From positions 32,156 through 96,155 of the forward strand of contig JAJZZD010000002.1 of the NCBI GenBank assembly GCA_021797745.1: DNA of 64,000 nucleotides. Reading direction: 5' to 3'. Positions 1 through 9,732 of this stretch are shown in pieces; position 1 is the first letter of the stretch, and each line of letters begins with the position of its first letter. The position numbers and the translations under genes were made by a program. The notes below the pieces were generated by a model, which saw only the letters and a program-made list of their open reading frames with translations, did no database searches and was not told the DNA's origin. Origin of the DNA: Candidatus Micrarchaeota archaeon. Lineage in GTDB: Archaea > Micrarchaeota > Micrarchaeia > Micrarchaeales > CABMGC01.

Positions 1-1
1 C

Positions 2-544
2 TTTGAACGTGCAGGAAAGGAAGTATGGCTGATTACAGGAGACAACGAAAGAGTCGCCGAGGCGGTGGCAAAACAGCTTGGGATAAGGCATGTAATCTCC
101 AGTGCAAAACCAAAGGACAAGATGAAAAAAATCGCCGAGCTGCAGAAAAACGGGAAGATAGTTGCCATGATAGGCGACGGCGTAAATGACGCGCCGGCGC
201 TGGCAAAAGCCAACGTCGGAATCGCAATAGGCGCAGGAACTGACGTGGCAGTGCAAACGGGCAGCATAATACTGATAAGAAACAGCGTTTACGATGCTTT
301 CGTGGCACTCGAGCTGGGAAAACAGACCATGAGAAAAATAAAGCAGAATCTTTTCTGGGCGTTTGGTTACAACATAGTTCTTATTCCTATAGCGGCAGGC
401 GCACTGATACCTTTTTTTACGGTATCGGTTTACAATTTCTTGCCTGTGCTTGCCGCAGTTGCAATGGCATTTAGCTCTTTCACAGTTGTCGCAAACTCGC
501 TTCTGCTCGCAAAAGCAAGAATAGATAGCCGACCGCAAAAGTAA
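2..544 (+). CDS. copA: Heavy-metal (Cu-type, P1B) P-type ATPase, C-terminal part (5' truncated by window)
   Basis: Frame open from base 2 with ITGDN, MIGDGVNDAPALAKA, IKQNLFWAFGYN and AMAFSS motifs. Confidence 0.9.
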   Translation, partial: FERAGKEVWLITGDNERVAEAVAKQLGIRHVISSAKPKDKMKKIAELQKNGKIVAMIGDGVNDAPALAKANVGIAIGAGTDVAVQTGSIILIRNSVYDAFVALELGKQTMRKIKQNLFWAFGYNIVLIPIAAGALIPFFTVSVYNFLPVLAAVAMAFSSFTVVANSLLLAKARIDSRPQK

Positions 545-737
545 TTAGACTTGGAAGCTTAACAACGCTGTTATTTGTATTAGGGAGTCGGCGCTTTTTA
601 TCGCATCGAGTTTCAGACGTCGCACGAACTAACTCGGCTTCATTGCATATTGTTTCCTATCGGCATAAAGCGGTAATTGACGTACACAGAAGAAATTTTA
701 AAATATCTGAAATGCGCATTTAAATTAGATAAGAAAA

Positions 738-1985
738 ATGGACTCAACAATCGTAGCTAAACAGAAAGACGGACATGGTTCTAATCAGGATACCGCGTCT
801 AACGTGCCAAATTATATGAGGGCGCTTGTGGAGCTGGCTAGAGCTGAGGCAAACGCCACCCCGGAAATTAGAAGGAAGCGCGAATTAGATAGGCTTTGGC
901 TAGAAATTACCAACCTACTTACCAACGCATACAAAGACAAAGGACTTCCAGGAGATACTGCAAAAAAATTAGCTGGTCTTGCTGTTGCATTGAAACGATC
1001 AGATGCCCTGCTTAATCCAAAGAACAAAACAAAGAACTTAGAAAATGCAAACGTGCACATATACGATTCAAGAGGCGACGCAGAAAAGGCAGTCATAAAA
1101 GACAATATAGCGCATTTGAAATTCTCACAGCAAATACAAATAGCAAAGCGTGCACTTGAAACTTCGCCTCTGTCTGGGGCTCGTCAGGCAATAGCTAATA
1201 TAAGATTCTTGAGAGCCAGTGAAAAAAGTCAAATAAGGATGACGAAAGAGGAGATACGTTCTGCCATAGCTGCCAATATAATGCACGGGTTGGCAAGTTC
1301 CGTTTTAGATTCAGCAGATTTCGTTTTTGATGAAATAATGCTGAAAACCACGTCTCTTGTTTCATTGATATTCAAGCTATCCATTCCTTCGTTAATAGGT
1401 CCTACAAAACTGTTCGCGGCAGTAAACCAGATTCGGCAGAAACAAAAGTCAGAGGAAGAAGAATTCAAAGACAAGTTAATAAGAAGCAGGCATTCTGAAA
1501 TACAAAAAATAGAAGAAATGATAGAAAAAACAGATAAAAGCCAAAAAGGCAAGATACTTGAAACTGCGGATATGTTTTGGGAATTAGCAAAAAACAAATT
1601 TTCCAACAGCGTATATGAAAATCCGTATTTTTATAAGAAAGCGAGCATGGAAATAAACAGGAGGTTAGAGCTGTGGAAATACGGAAGGCACATTAGCCAG
1701 GCACGCAAGGAGGAAGACGACTTTGAAACTGATGTCTATATTTATGCGCTTCTTATTGCTGCTGAGCATGTGATAGGAAAGGAGAAAGATTACAAAGACA
1801 TGCTCGAGAGCAAGAAAAGTGATGTTGAAGCATGGCTAGAGTCAGGCCATGCTGTATACGCAAACGCAAACAAAAAGCAGTATCTGTATAAAAGTTCAGC
1901 AAACCTTCCGAAGTCAGAAAACGCAACGGAAAAAGGCGGAAAAAATGAAGTAAAACAGCTGATGCGCAAGGACAATAAATTTTAA
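738..1985 (+). CDS. Hypothetical protein (charged, helical)
   Basis: 415-aa ORF; TTTAAA/AT-rich promoter-like sequence just upstream; no recognisable motif. Confidence 0.6.
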   Translation: MDSTIVAKQKDGHGSNQDTASNVPNYMRALVELARAEANATPEIRRKRELDRLWLEITNLLTNAYKDKGLPGDTAKKLAGLAVALKRSDALLNPKNKTKNLENANVHIYDSRGDAEKAVIKDNIAHLKFSQQIQIAKRALETSPLSGARQAIANIRFLRASEKSQIRMTKEEIRSAIAANIMHGLASSVLDSADFVFDEIMLKTTSLVSLIFKLSIPSLIGPTKLFAAVNQIRQKQKSEEEEFKDKLIRSRHSEIQKIEEMIEKTDKSQKGKILETADMFWELAKNKFSNSVYENPYFYKKASMEINRRLELWKYGRHISQARKEEDDFETDVYIYALLIAAEHVIGKEKDYKDMLESKKSDVEAWLESGHAVYANANKKQYLYKSSANLPKSENATEKGGKNEVKQLMRKDNKF

Positions 1986-2178
1986 CAAAAAAATACGGTA
2001 AAGATACCGCACATAGTTTTGCATACACTGGTTTTGCATACATAATAGTCAAACACGGCATATATTCGGGAAAGATTTTTGACAAAAAGCCTGAATGCAA
2101 TGCAAAGTATTTGGCATATGGCAATAACCTTTTATTCTTAATCAGCATGTTACTTACCGGCATGGTACAGGCGCTGCG

Positions 2179-2997
2179 ATGGCAACAAGGGAAATATCAC
2201 AAAGGCCATTAGGACAAGAAACTCATGGCACTGGCGAAACGAAACAATTAGAAATCCGCGGCATGCTGCGCACGCAGGAAATGGATGCCAAAACTGAAAC
2301 AGCGGCCGCAAAGTCGGCAGTTACACATGAAATTTATGCGATTGATGAAACGGCTCGGCTTGTCGAAAAGATAGTAGGATCGCTAAACAGAGGCGACCGT
2401 GTCGCACTCCTAGTGTTCGGCAAGAAATTGGATAGAAAGGGCAGCACAAACGAAGAAACCGCAAAATCTGACGAGGGCAGGCAGGTGGTTGCCGGTCTTG
2501 CGCAGCTGTATGAAGAAATTGAGGCACGCGGTGGAAACATGAATAACTTAGAGGTCGTTTTGAGCGGTGGACATTTTCACCGCTATGTGCTCAGCGGCAA
2601 TTCCAAAAATATGACTACTGAGGCAGTACTCATGAAAAGATATTTGCATGAACTTGGCGTTGACCCCAAGAACCTAGTCCTTGAAAAGAAATCCTATGAT
2701 ACAGTAACGAATATACTTTTCTCGAAGCCATTGATAGAGAAATTCGGCGCAAAAACTGTTGTTGTAGTTTCGGAGGAGTTTATGGCACAGCGAGCGATGG
2801 AAACCACGGAAAGAATCATGGGAAACGAAATAAGCATATATGTAAAACCTGTTAAGCTGGAGATAAATCAGGCAGTAAAGGCGTATTACATGTTCAAGGA
2901 ATGGTTCGTCAGGCGCATGGTCCCGATTCTGATAGCAACTAGAAGGCGGGAAAACAATATGCATGAACAGAAGCGGCGAATGCAAGCAGTTGCATAA
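2179..2997 (+). CDS. YdcF/DUF218 family protein
   Basis: VLSGG...TEAVLMKRYL..LGV...LVLEKKSYDTVTNILFS and VVVSEEFMAQRA match the DUF218 pattern. Confidence 0.75.
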   Translation: MATREISQRPLGQETHGTGETKQLEIRGMLRTQEMDAKTETAAAKSAVTHEIYAIDETARLVEKIVGSLNRGDRVALLVFGKKLDRKGSTNEETAKSDEGRQVVAGLAQLYEEIEARGGNMNNLEVVLSGGHFHRYVLSGNSKNMTTEAVLMKRYLHELGVDPKNLVLEKKSYDTVTNILFSKPLIEKFGAKTVVVVSEEFMAQRAMETTERIMGNEISIYVKPVKLEINQAVKAYYMFKEWFVRRMVPILIATRRRENNMHEQKRRMQAVA

Positions 2998-3033
2998 CAG
3001 ACAAATTTCAAGGCAATTTTATTTGATGGCATC

Positions 3034-3978
3034 ATGAATCCGGCAGAATTCGAAGAAAAAATAACAGACGCTGTAAACAAGCTGAGCAAAAGCGTTGTGA
3101 CAATAAGGAGCGAAGGCGCTGCCAGAACCTCGTTTTTCGAAACCACACCGACTAAAAACGCAGGTTCAGGCTTCATAATTGATTCTAACGGCAATATAGT
3201 TACCAATTACCACGTAATAGAGAATGCAAGCAAGGTCGAGGTGATACTTAATGATGGAAGGTCGTTCAGTGGCAGCGTAGTAGGGGGAGACAAACCGACA
3301 GATGTTGCAATAGTTAAGATAGAGGGCACAAACCTTACAGTAGCCGAGCTCGGAGATTCCGAAAAGCTGAAGGTAGGCCAAATTGCGCTAGCAATTGGCA
3401 ACGCACTTGATTTGCCGGGAGCACCGACTGTTTCAATGGGGGTGGTAAGCGCACTGCACAGGCCCCTTCCGTGGTCGAACTTCATATTTGAGGGCTTAAT
3501 ACAAACGGATGCTGCGATTAACCCAGGCAACAGCGGCGGTCCCCTTGCAGACATTGAAGGCAGAATAATTGGAATTAACTCGGCAATTGTTCCTTTTGCG
3601 CAAGGTGTTGGATTTGCCATACCGGTTAACACCGCGAAATGGGTTATGGAGCAAGTACTAGAAAAGGGCAGGGTCACCAGGCCTGCGCTTGGCGTTCTTG
3701 TTATGGACATGAATCCTGCAATTGCAACAAGGTTCAATTTGCAGTCAAAGGATGGTGTCATAATAACCAGGGTGATTCCCAACAGTCCTGCACACCGCGC
3801 AGGGCTTCATGAGCTTGACATAATAGAAGGAATAGGGAATTATGCAACAAAAAACAGCAAAGACTTGCTCATAGCACTTTCGAAATTCAGCATAAACGAA
3901 ACAGTAGCGATAAAATTCGCACGGGGAAATAGGCTGCAGGAAACAATGCTGAAACTGGTAGAGGCTCAAGGGAGATGA
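3034..3978 (+). CDS. HtrA/DegP-like trypsin serine protease with PDZ domain
   Basis: GSGFII, TNYHVI, TDVAIVK, QTDAAINPGNSGGPL and a C-terminal PDZ (SPAHRAGL). Confidence 0.95.
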   Translation: MNPAEFEEKITDAVNKLSKSVVTIRSEGAARTSFFETTPTKNAGSGFIIDSNGNIVTNYHVIENASKVEVILNDGRSFSGSVVGGDKPTDVAIVKIEGTNLTVAELGDSEKLKVGQIALAIGNALDLPGAPTVSMGVVSALHRPLPWSNFIFEGLIQTDAAINPGNSGGPLADIEGRIIGINSAIVPFAQGVGFAIPVNTAKWVMEQVLEKGRVTRPALGVLVMDMNPAIATRFNLQSKDGVIITRVIPNSPAHRAGLHELDIIEGIGNYATKNSKDLLIALSKFSINETVAIKFARGNRLQETMLKLVEAQGR

Positions 3979-4009
3979 ACTTCGGCGTGCGCTGTTAGTA
4001 AATATGAAA

Positions 4010-4954
4010 CTAAATGAACAGAATGGCTCCGATTGCAAACAACGCTATTCCAAGAACAAATGATATGCGCGAGAGTAGTTTGTCGCTGCCGGACACTGCC
4101 GATTTACTTTCAGAAGTGAAAGAGAGCATCCTGCTTTCTCTGTCGAATACCATGGCCTTTACGGGTTTGCCGTTGAATGTCTTGCCAGTATCGATTACTC
4201 TTCCCATTGCAAAAACAGTTTCGCCTACGGGGATGATCCTCTCGAAAAGGGATAGTTCTCCGCCTCCAAATAAACTGAATTTAGACATTGAAGTAGTGTA
4301 CTGTGAAGAAAGAGATATGCCATTGTATGAAGGGTCAAAACTGTCCGGAGATCCTCCGATATATTCGGCGAGTTTCTTCCCTAGTTCATCACGTTCGTAA
4401 ACAATTTTATTCTGTTTATCAGTAGGATATACGCGGTTGGGAGAGGAAAATAACGAAGTATCAGAAATTTTATCCATATTTGCATGCTCCAAGTCTATTG
4501 CCAGGTAGCCAGTTCCGTCAGTCAGCAGTAACGGAATTCCTTTTGCGTATTTCTGTATAGTTACCCAGTAGGATCCGTTGCGCGACGTTACGAGATGCTG
4601 AAGTTCTACCTGATAAAATACGCAGTATTTTTTACCTATGGGGCTCATTAACTGCGCCGTGTCATACTGCGGGACCACTGACGCTTGAATCTCATTCAGA
4701 CCGTTTGCTGCGCCGTCTATTTTTACAGTAGGCGTATTTTCTATAGATTCCAGCAAAGAAAGCTCGGACCAGCCGAGGACAATGAACACGATTCCAAATA
4801 TGATTGCAACGGCCAAAAATGGAAGTGCAGTTACGCGCAGCGGTGCAAAAGATAAGTTAAAAGGCATCAGCGCAAAAACAGAGACCAAAACAAACGCGGC
4901 CAAAGCAGTTATGACCCTTCCATTAAGGTTCCTGCCGTTACCGTTAACTATCAT
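4010..4954 (-). CDS. GIDE-domain membrane protein
   Basis: N-terminal TM helices, IENTPT, LMSPIG..CVFY, LTDGTG...ID, ERIIPVGE.VFAMG, C-terminal TM; lies downstream of lemA; start placed at ATG 4954. Confidence 0.7.
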   Translation of the reverse strand: MIVNGNGRNLNGRVITALAAFVLVSVFALMPFNLSFAPLRVTALPFLAVAIIFGIVFIVLGWSELSLLESIENTPTVKIDGAANGLNEIQASVVPQYDTAQLMSPIGKKYCVFYQVELQHLVTSRNGSYWVTIQKYAKGIPLLLTDGTGYLAIDLEHANMDKISDTSLFSSPNRVYPTDKQNKIVYERDELGKKLAEYIGGSPDSFDPSYNGISLSSQYTTSMSKFSLFGGGELSLFERIIPVGETVFAMGRVIDTGKTFNGKPVKAMVFDRESRMLSFTSESKSAVSGSDKLLSRISFVLGIALFAIGAILFI

Positions 4955-5043
4955 GTCATCTGTCAAGAAGGTGCTTTTAGTTTTTGAAAGGTCTTTAGAA
5001 TAGAAAGGATGGTCGTTGCGGGCATAACTAAAACGGGAAAGGC

Positions 5044-5664
5044 TCAAAGTATCACATTTATTTTATCAGTAGAACCTGCGGGCGGCTGAAAGAACGGCAG
5101 CGGCTTGTATTCAAGAAGTGATGAAAATAAAACGAACGGAAATATTTGTATCTTAATGTTGTATGTGTTTACCGTGTCGTTGTAAAATTCTCTCCTGTCG
5201 GCTATCTGATTCTCCATTTCGGTTATCGCTTGCTGAAGCTCGAGGAAAGTCCGGTCGGCTTTGAGGTCTGGATAATTTTCTACATCTGCGAACAACGATT
5301 TAAGCGCCTGAGATATTTGATTAGAAGTTTTCATTTTTGCTTTTACATCAGGAACGTTCTGGATCTGCATCCATTCGGTTCTCATAGCTGTAACCTGCAC
5401 AAGGACTGTCCGCTCATATTTTTCATATCCTTTTACTACGTCTACGAGTCTGCTGATCAAATCATGCCTTTTTTCTAACAATACATCTATGTTTGCCCAG
5501 GCTTTTCGCACATTATTTCTGAGCGCAACGAGAACGTTGTAAATGATTATGGCTATTCCCAGAATGACTATCGCAATTGCGGCCACTACGTAGATAATGA
5601 GATTAAATAATGGCATAATCATCATTATGCCCATAAATTTAAAATCATCTCTGTTATAGGCCAA
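5044..5664 (-). CDS. lemA: LemA family protein
   Basis: YN.LV.LRN.V.KAW.NIDV.L..R.DLI, ENYPDLKAD..F..LQ, RREFYND.V..YN; true start probably a little downstream of the ORF start. Confidence 0.93.
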   Translation of the reverse strand: MAYNRDDFKFMGIMMIMPLFNLIIYVVAAIAIVILGIAIIIYNVLVALRNNVRKAWANIDVLLEKRHDLISRLVDVVKGYEKYERTVLVQVTAMRTEWMQIQNVPDVKAKMKTSNQISQALKSLFADVENYPDLKADRTFLELQQAITEMENQIADRREFYNDTVNTYNIKIQIFPFVLFSSLLEYKPLPFFQPPAGSTDKINVIL

Positions 5665-5682
5665 AACAACAAAACTAAAATT

Positions 5683-6198
5683 TCAAGTATAGCCTGACAG
5701 CACATCCCCTGCAGAAATGTTCACGCCGCTAATGTTCCTGTTGAGCTCCAGTACAAGTTTTCCGTAGTGGCATACTGATGCTGTGCTTTCTGGCGTGGCA
5801 TAATAAATATTAGTTATAGTGCCATTGCCATCAATCCATATCTGCATCAAAGGCTCCGGCGTGTTTTCCATCCAGAAGCATTGCTCGGAAGAGGTGTTTG
5901 AAACAAACAGCATTCCATTTATGCATTTACCGGCAACATTGCAGGTAAAATTGTAATACATCAGGCCTCTTTCCTGCTCGCCTGTCGTTACCGCTAGATA
6001 GACTTCAAAAACAGTTTGCGCGTGGTTTGAATTTGACGTCACAGTGATATTCGCTATTTTTAAACCGGCTAATGGATTTGCTAAAAATACTGAATAAATA
6101 ATTATTACGAGCAAAGTTGCAGCCATTATGAAAATAAGCGAAAAGAACACAACGTTCAGGCCGACAAATCTCATAAAAACACAGCCAGAAGTCATCAT
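5683..6198 (-). CDS. DUF192 family protein, membrane-anchored
   Basis: A.T..EQERGLMY, GMLFV, FWMENTPEPL..IWID, VLELN. Confidence 0.88.
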   Translation of the reverse strand: MMTSGCVFMRFVGLNVVFFSLIFIMAATLLVIIIYSVFLANPLAGLKIANITVTSNSNHAQTVFEVYLAVTTGEQERGLMYYNFTCNVAGKCINGMLFVSNTSSEQCFWMENTPEPLMQIWIDGNGTITNIYYATPESTASVCHYGKLVLELNRNISGVNISAGDVLSGYT

Positions 6199-6620
6199 TT
6201 ATTTGCATTTTCTTCAAAATAGTGCTTGCCTCTCAGTATGAACTGCTTGTCTATTTTACGAGGCTTGAAGAATTTATTCGTGAATTCGGCCACTTTTTCG
6301 GGGTCGTATTTTCTGCAGCTGTAAACGTCTATGCTCACGAAGCTGTTTTTTGTCAATGTGTGGATCACTATCGAAGAATCTGCCAAAGGAACCCAGCCAC
6401 TCAGGCCGGTCTTCTCGGGAAATTCCTTCCTGTCAGTCCTGAAAATAGATGGCGGAGCCTGCTTCTTCATGCCTATGAAATCAACAATCGCACTCAGGAA
6501 GTGGTAGCAATGGTCTAGACTGTCTACAAATTCCGGGTCGCAGTCGTAGCAATCGAGAAGGAGTTCGTAACCGAAAACTTCTTTTTCTGCTTTTTCTAAT
6601 TTTTCTACTTTTTTTGGCAT
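6195..6620 (-). CDS. S-adenosylmethionine decarboxylase-like proenzyme (SpeD/SpeH fold)
   Basis: FGYELLLDCYDCD, GLSGWVPLADSSIVIHT, SIDVYSC; cleavage-site motif deviates from E-S-H. Confidence 0.75.
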   Translation of the reverse strand: MPKKVEKLEKAEKEVFGYELLLDCYDCDPEFVDSLDHCYHFLSAIVDFIGMKKQAPPSIFRTDRKEFPEKTGLSGWVPLADSSIVIHTLTKNSFVSIDVYSCRKYDPEKVAEFTNKFFKPRKIDKQFILRGKHYFEENANK

Positions 6621-6647
6621 TAAACCACAAAATACAGTAACATATAG

Positions 6648-7451
6648 TCACATAAGCAATACTCCGCCGTCTACTACTATCTGCGAACCAGTCATGTAAG
6701 ATGACATATCTGACGCAAGGAAAAGCGCGACCTTTCCAATGTCGTCAGGCTCTCCCAGCCGTTTCATCGGTATCTTCGCAAGAAATCCTTGAAGCATCTG
6801 ATTCATATCCACTCCTTGCGGCAGGGGCATTGATTGCTGAAGCTTTTGAACCCCTGGCGTGAGTATCCCGCCGGGGGCTATGGCATTTACCCAAATCTTA
6901 TTGGGTGCAAGCTCAAGCGCTATATTTTTTGTAAACCCCCAGACTCCGTGTTTTGACGCATCGTAATGCGCCAAGCCTATGGACGACGGATGCAATGCGT
7001 CTATGGACGTGACATTGATTATCCTTCCTCCGTGTCCTTGCTTGATCATTTGCGCTGATGCATATTTGGTGCAGAGAAACACGCCCTTCAGGTTTATCGA
7101 AAGGACATTGTCGAAATCCTGCAGTGACATCTGGCTCAGCGGCATTGCAGGATATACGCCTGCGTTGTTTACCAGTATGTCTATAGAACCGAATCTGTTC
7201 ACTGTTTCGTTGACCATATTTCTTACCGACTGTTCCGAGGAAACGTCGGTTGTGACAGACATCACCTTAAAACCCTTTCCTGAAAGCTCTGTTGCAGCCT
7301 TATCGCCGGTCTCTTTTGTCCTGTTTGCGATAACGACGTTTGCCCCTGCTTCGGCAAGCCGGTATGCAATCCCGTACCCTATTCCCGCTGCGCCGCCTGT
7401 AACAATTGCGGTCTTGCCTGAGAGATTGAGAAGAGAATCCAATGATTGCAT
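6648..7451 (-). CDS. SDR family NAD(P)-dependent oxidoreductase
   Basis: TGGAAGIG, LVNNAG, YDASK catalytic motif, VNAIAPG. Confidence 0.95.
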   Translation of the reverse strand: MQSLDSLLNLSGKTAIVTGGAAGIGYGIAYRLAEAGANVVIANRTKETGDKAATELSGKGFKVMSVTTDVSSEQSVRNMVNETVNRFGSIDILVNNAGVYPAMPLSQMSLQDFDNVLSINLKGVFLCTKYASAQMIKQGHGGRIINVTSIDALHPSSIGLAHYDASKHGVWGFTKNIALELAPNKIWVNAIAPGGILTPGVQKLQQSMPLPQGVDMNQMLQGFLAKIPMKRLGEPDDIGKVALFLASDMSSYMTGSQIVVDGGVLLM

Positions 7452-7698
7452 AGCCTATTACAGAACGGAAAATAATAAATTTGTGTGCATTTTGAAAGCA
7501 ATTGATGCAGTAAAAATATGCAGTATCAACTTCGCAACAATCGGATTTAAATATTATTGCGCCAAAATCTCTTCAACACAGCAAGGTAAAGAATCAGCAA
7601 ATAAGAAAAGCTTAATGAAACAAACTTGGCAGAAAACAAAAGGCCAAAAACGAAATAGACAAAACAAAAAAAAGTCCGATTTATGCTAAGGTGAAACA

Positions 7699-8022
7699 AT
7701 GGCAGACATGAACGAGGAAAAACAAGAGAACCAAGTACAGAGGAGCAGCTCAATACCGGAAAATGTGGTGTACATAGGAAAAAAGCCCGCCATGAACTAC
7801 GTGCTGGCCGTTGTGACACAATTCAACAATGGGGCAAAAAGCATAAAGATAAGGGCCAGGGGAAACACAATAACTAGGGCTGTGGACGTTGCTGAAATAT
7901 CTAGAAACAGGTTCTTGCAGGACGTTAAGGTGGAGAACATAGCCATAAACTCCGAAGAGCTTCAGAACGAGGACGGCACTAAGTCAAAAGTAAGCACGAT
8001 AGAAATAAGCCTTGCAAGATAA
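7699..8022 (+). CDS. albA: DNA/RNA-binding protein Alba
   Basis: [41 protein letters not shown]; GGTGA SD upstream. Confidence 0.96.
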   Translation: MADMNEEKQENQVQRSSSIPENVVYIGKKPAMNYVLAVVTQFNNGAKSIKIRARGNTITRAVDVAEISRNRFLQDVKVENIAINSEELQNEDGTKSKVSTIEISLAR

Positions 8023-8137
8023 TACTGTTTTTCTTTGTTTTATTTTTATTCTTATTTTTATTCCTATTTTTATTTTTAGTTTCCTACGTTTTTATGTTTT
8101 CGCATTATTCTGTGAATTTGGTTATCCTGCACGCAGC

Positions 8138-8506
8138 TTACAATATTTTCTTCTTTATGCGCCTGGCAATTTCAGTTGCGGTTATCATGCCTGTGCATTG
8201 CATACTAAGACCGTCTTTAACAACTGGTATGCGACTCAAAACATTTTCCTCCATCACTTTTGCCGCTTTATTTATGCTGTCGCTTTCCAGCAGGTAGACT
8301 TTTTTCAAGCGCACCGACTTTATGGCATCTTTTGAGTCATTCTGTTCCGCCACGTCTTTTGTAAGTACTCCTGCTAGCCTGCGGCCATTTAGCACTGGCA
8401 GCGAACTTACATTTGCGCTGCGCATAAGTTTAAGCGCAGAGCCTAAGCTTGCAGCCGATGATATGCCAACTATGTTCTTGTGCATTATGTCGCTGACCAA
8501 TTTCAT
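8138..8506 (-). CDS. CBS domain pair protein
   Basis: VSDIM, LPVLNG..LAGVLT..D, AAKVM..N.LSRIPVV, GMITATEI. Confidence 0.88.
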   Translation of the reverse strand: MKLVSDIMHKNIVGISSAASLGSALKLMRSANVSSLPVLNGRRLAGVLTKDVAEQNDSKDAIKSVRLKKVYLLESDSINKAAKVMEENVLSRIPVVKDGLSMQCTGMITATEIARRIKKKIL

Positions 8507-8567
8507 GCTTAAACATATGAATCAAGTTTTTTAAGGGTTTATTGCCAAGTAATAACCGGGTATTTTC

Positions 8568-9056
8568 GTGAGGTTTGACGCGGAAGTGATAGACATTGAA
8601 AAAGACGCAGACACGCAGGTAATCCTAGGACACGCAGGATTCATCAAAACAGCAGAGGATCTGTATGAAGCAATGGTAAATGCAGTTCCTGGAGTGAAGT
8701 TCGGCGTGGCTTTCGCGGAGGCGAGCGGCCCTTGCCTCGTTAGGAGCGAAGGAAACGACAATGGCTTGCGGGGGCTTGCCGAGAAGAACATGCTGAAAAT
8801 AGGCGCCGGACACTCTTTCCTAATTCTTTTCAAATCGGCTTACCCGATAAACGTGGCAAATGCTGTGAAAAACGTGAACGAAGTTTCCAGGATATACTGC
8901 GCGACAGCGAATAAGCTACAGGTGCTAATCGCAAGCACAAAATTGGGAAGGAGCATAATAGGAGTAGTGGACGGAGAATCGACGAAAGGCGTAGAAAAGG
9001 AAACCGACAGGGCAACGAGAAGGAAGTTTATACGCGACATAGGTTACAAATTGTGA
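8568..9056 (+). CDS. Adenosine-specific kinase family protein (DUF355)
   Basis: ILGHAGFIKTAEDLYEA, FGVAFAEASGPCLVR.EGND, GAGHSF, YCATAN, IGYKL. Confidence 0.9.
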   Translation: MRFDAEVIDIEKDADTQVILGHAGFIKTAEDLYEAMVNAVPGVKFGVAFAEASGPCLVRSEGNDNGLRGLAEKNMLKIGAGHSFLILFKSAYPINVANAVKNVNEVSRIYCATANKLQVLIASTKLGRSIIGVVDGESTKGVEKETDRATRRKFIRDIGYKL

Positions 9057-9060
9057 TTTT

Positions 9061-9732
9061 TTGGCATTCAAACTGTTAAACGACAGGGACGCAGGGGAGG
9101 TAGTTACAATATTGGAGCGCGAGTACAAGGATGCGCACTACTATCTGAATTTCAAAACGCCGATAGACCTTGTTGTTGCCGCCATACTCTCGGCGCAAAC
9201 TCATGATGATGTAGTAAATGCGACAACGCAGGTACTTTTTTCTAAATATAAAACGGCAAAGGACTATGCAAACGCAAAGCCTGAAGACGTAATAAATATC
9301 GTGAAGAAGGTAAGTTTCGCAGGCAATAAAGCCAAGAACATAATAAACACGTGCAAGGCCATTGAAAAAAATTATGGGGGAAAGGTACCTGACAGAATGG
9401 AGCAGCTTGTAGAGCTGCCAGGCATAGGCAGGAAGACTGCCAATACAATACTGATAAACGCGTATGGAATTGTTGAGGGAATACCGGTTGACACATGGGT
9501 GATAAAGCTTTCCTATAGGATCGGCCTAAGCGGCAATAAGGACCCTGAGAAGATAGAACAAGACCTTATGAAAACAATAGTCAAGAAATATTGGCACAAT
9601 TGGGCTTACGTGATGAAAGCCCATGGGAAAAAGATATGCCAGTCCATTGTGCCCGTATGCAGCAAATGCCCGATAGGTCCCAACAGCACAAACAAAATAT
9701 GCCCAAGGAACGGGGTCACAAAAAGTGCTTAA
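9061..9732 (+). CDS. nth: Endonuclease III (HhH-GPD glycosylase with Fe-S motif)
   Basis: LVVAAILSAQT.D..VN, LPGIGRKTAN, IPVDT, C-terminal Cys cluster. Confidence 0.92.
   Translation: MAFKLLNDRDAGEVVTILEREYKDAHYYLNFKTPIDLVVAAILSAQTHDDVVNATTQVLFSKYKTAKDYANAKPEDVINIVKKVSFAGNKAKNIINTCKAIEKNYGGKVPDRMEQLVELPGIGRKTANTILINAYGIVEGIPVDTWVIKLSYRIGLSGNKDPEKIEQDLMKTIVKKYWHNWAYVMKAHGKKICQSIVPVCSKCPIGPNSTNKICPRNGVTKSA

Noticed and set aside
8025-8100. TTTATT-type low-complexity repeat
   Set aside because: T-rich tract between convergent alba and CBS genes; consistent with an ordinary terminator region
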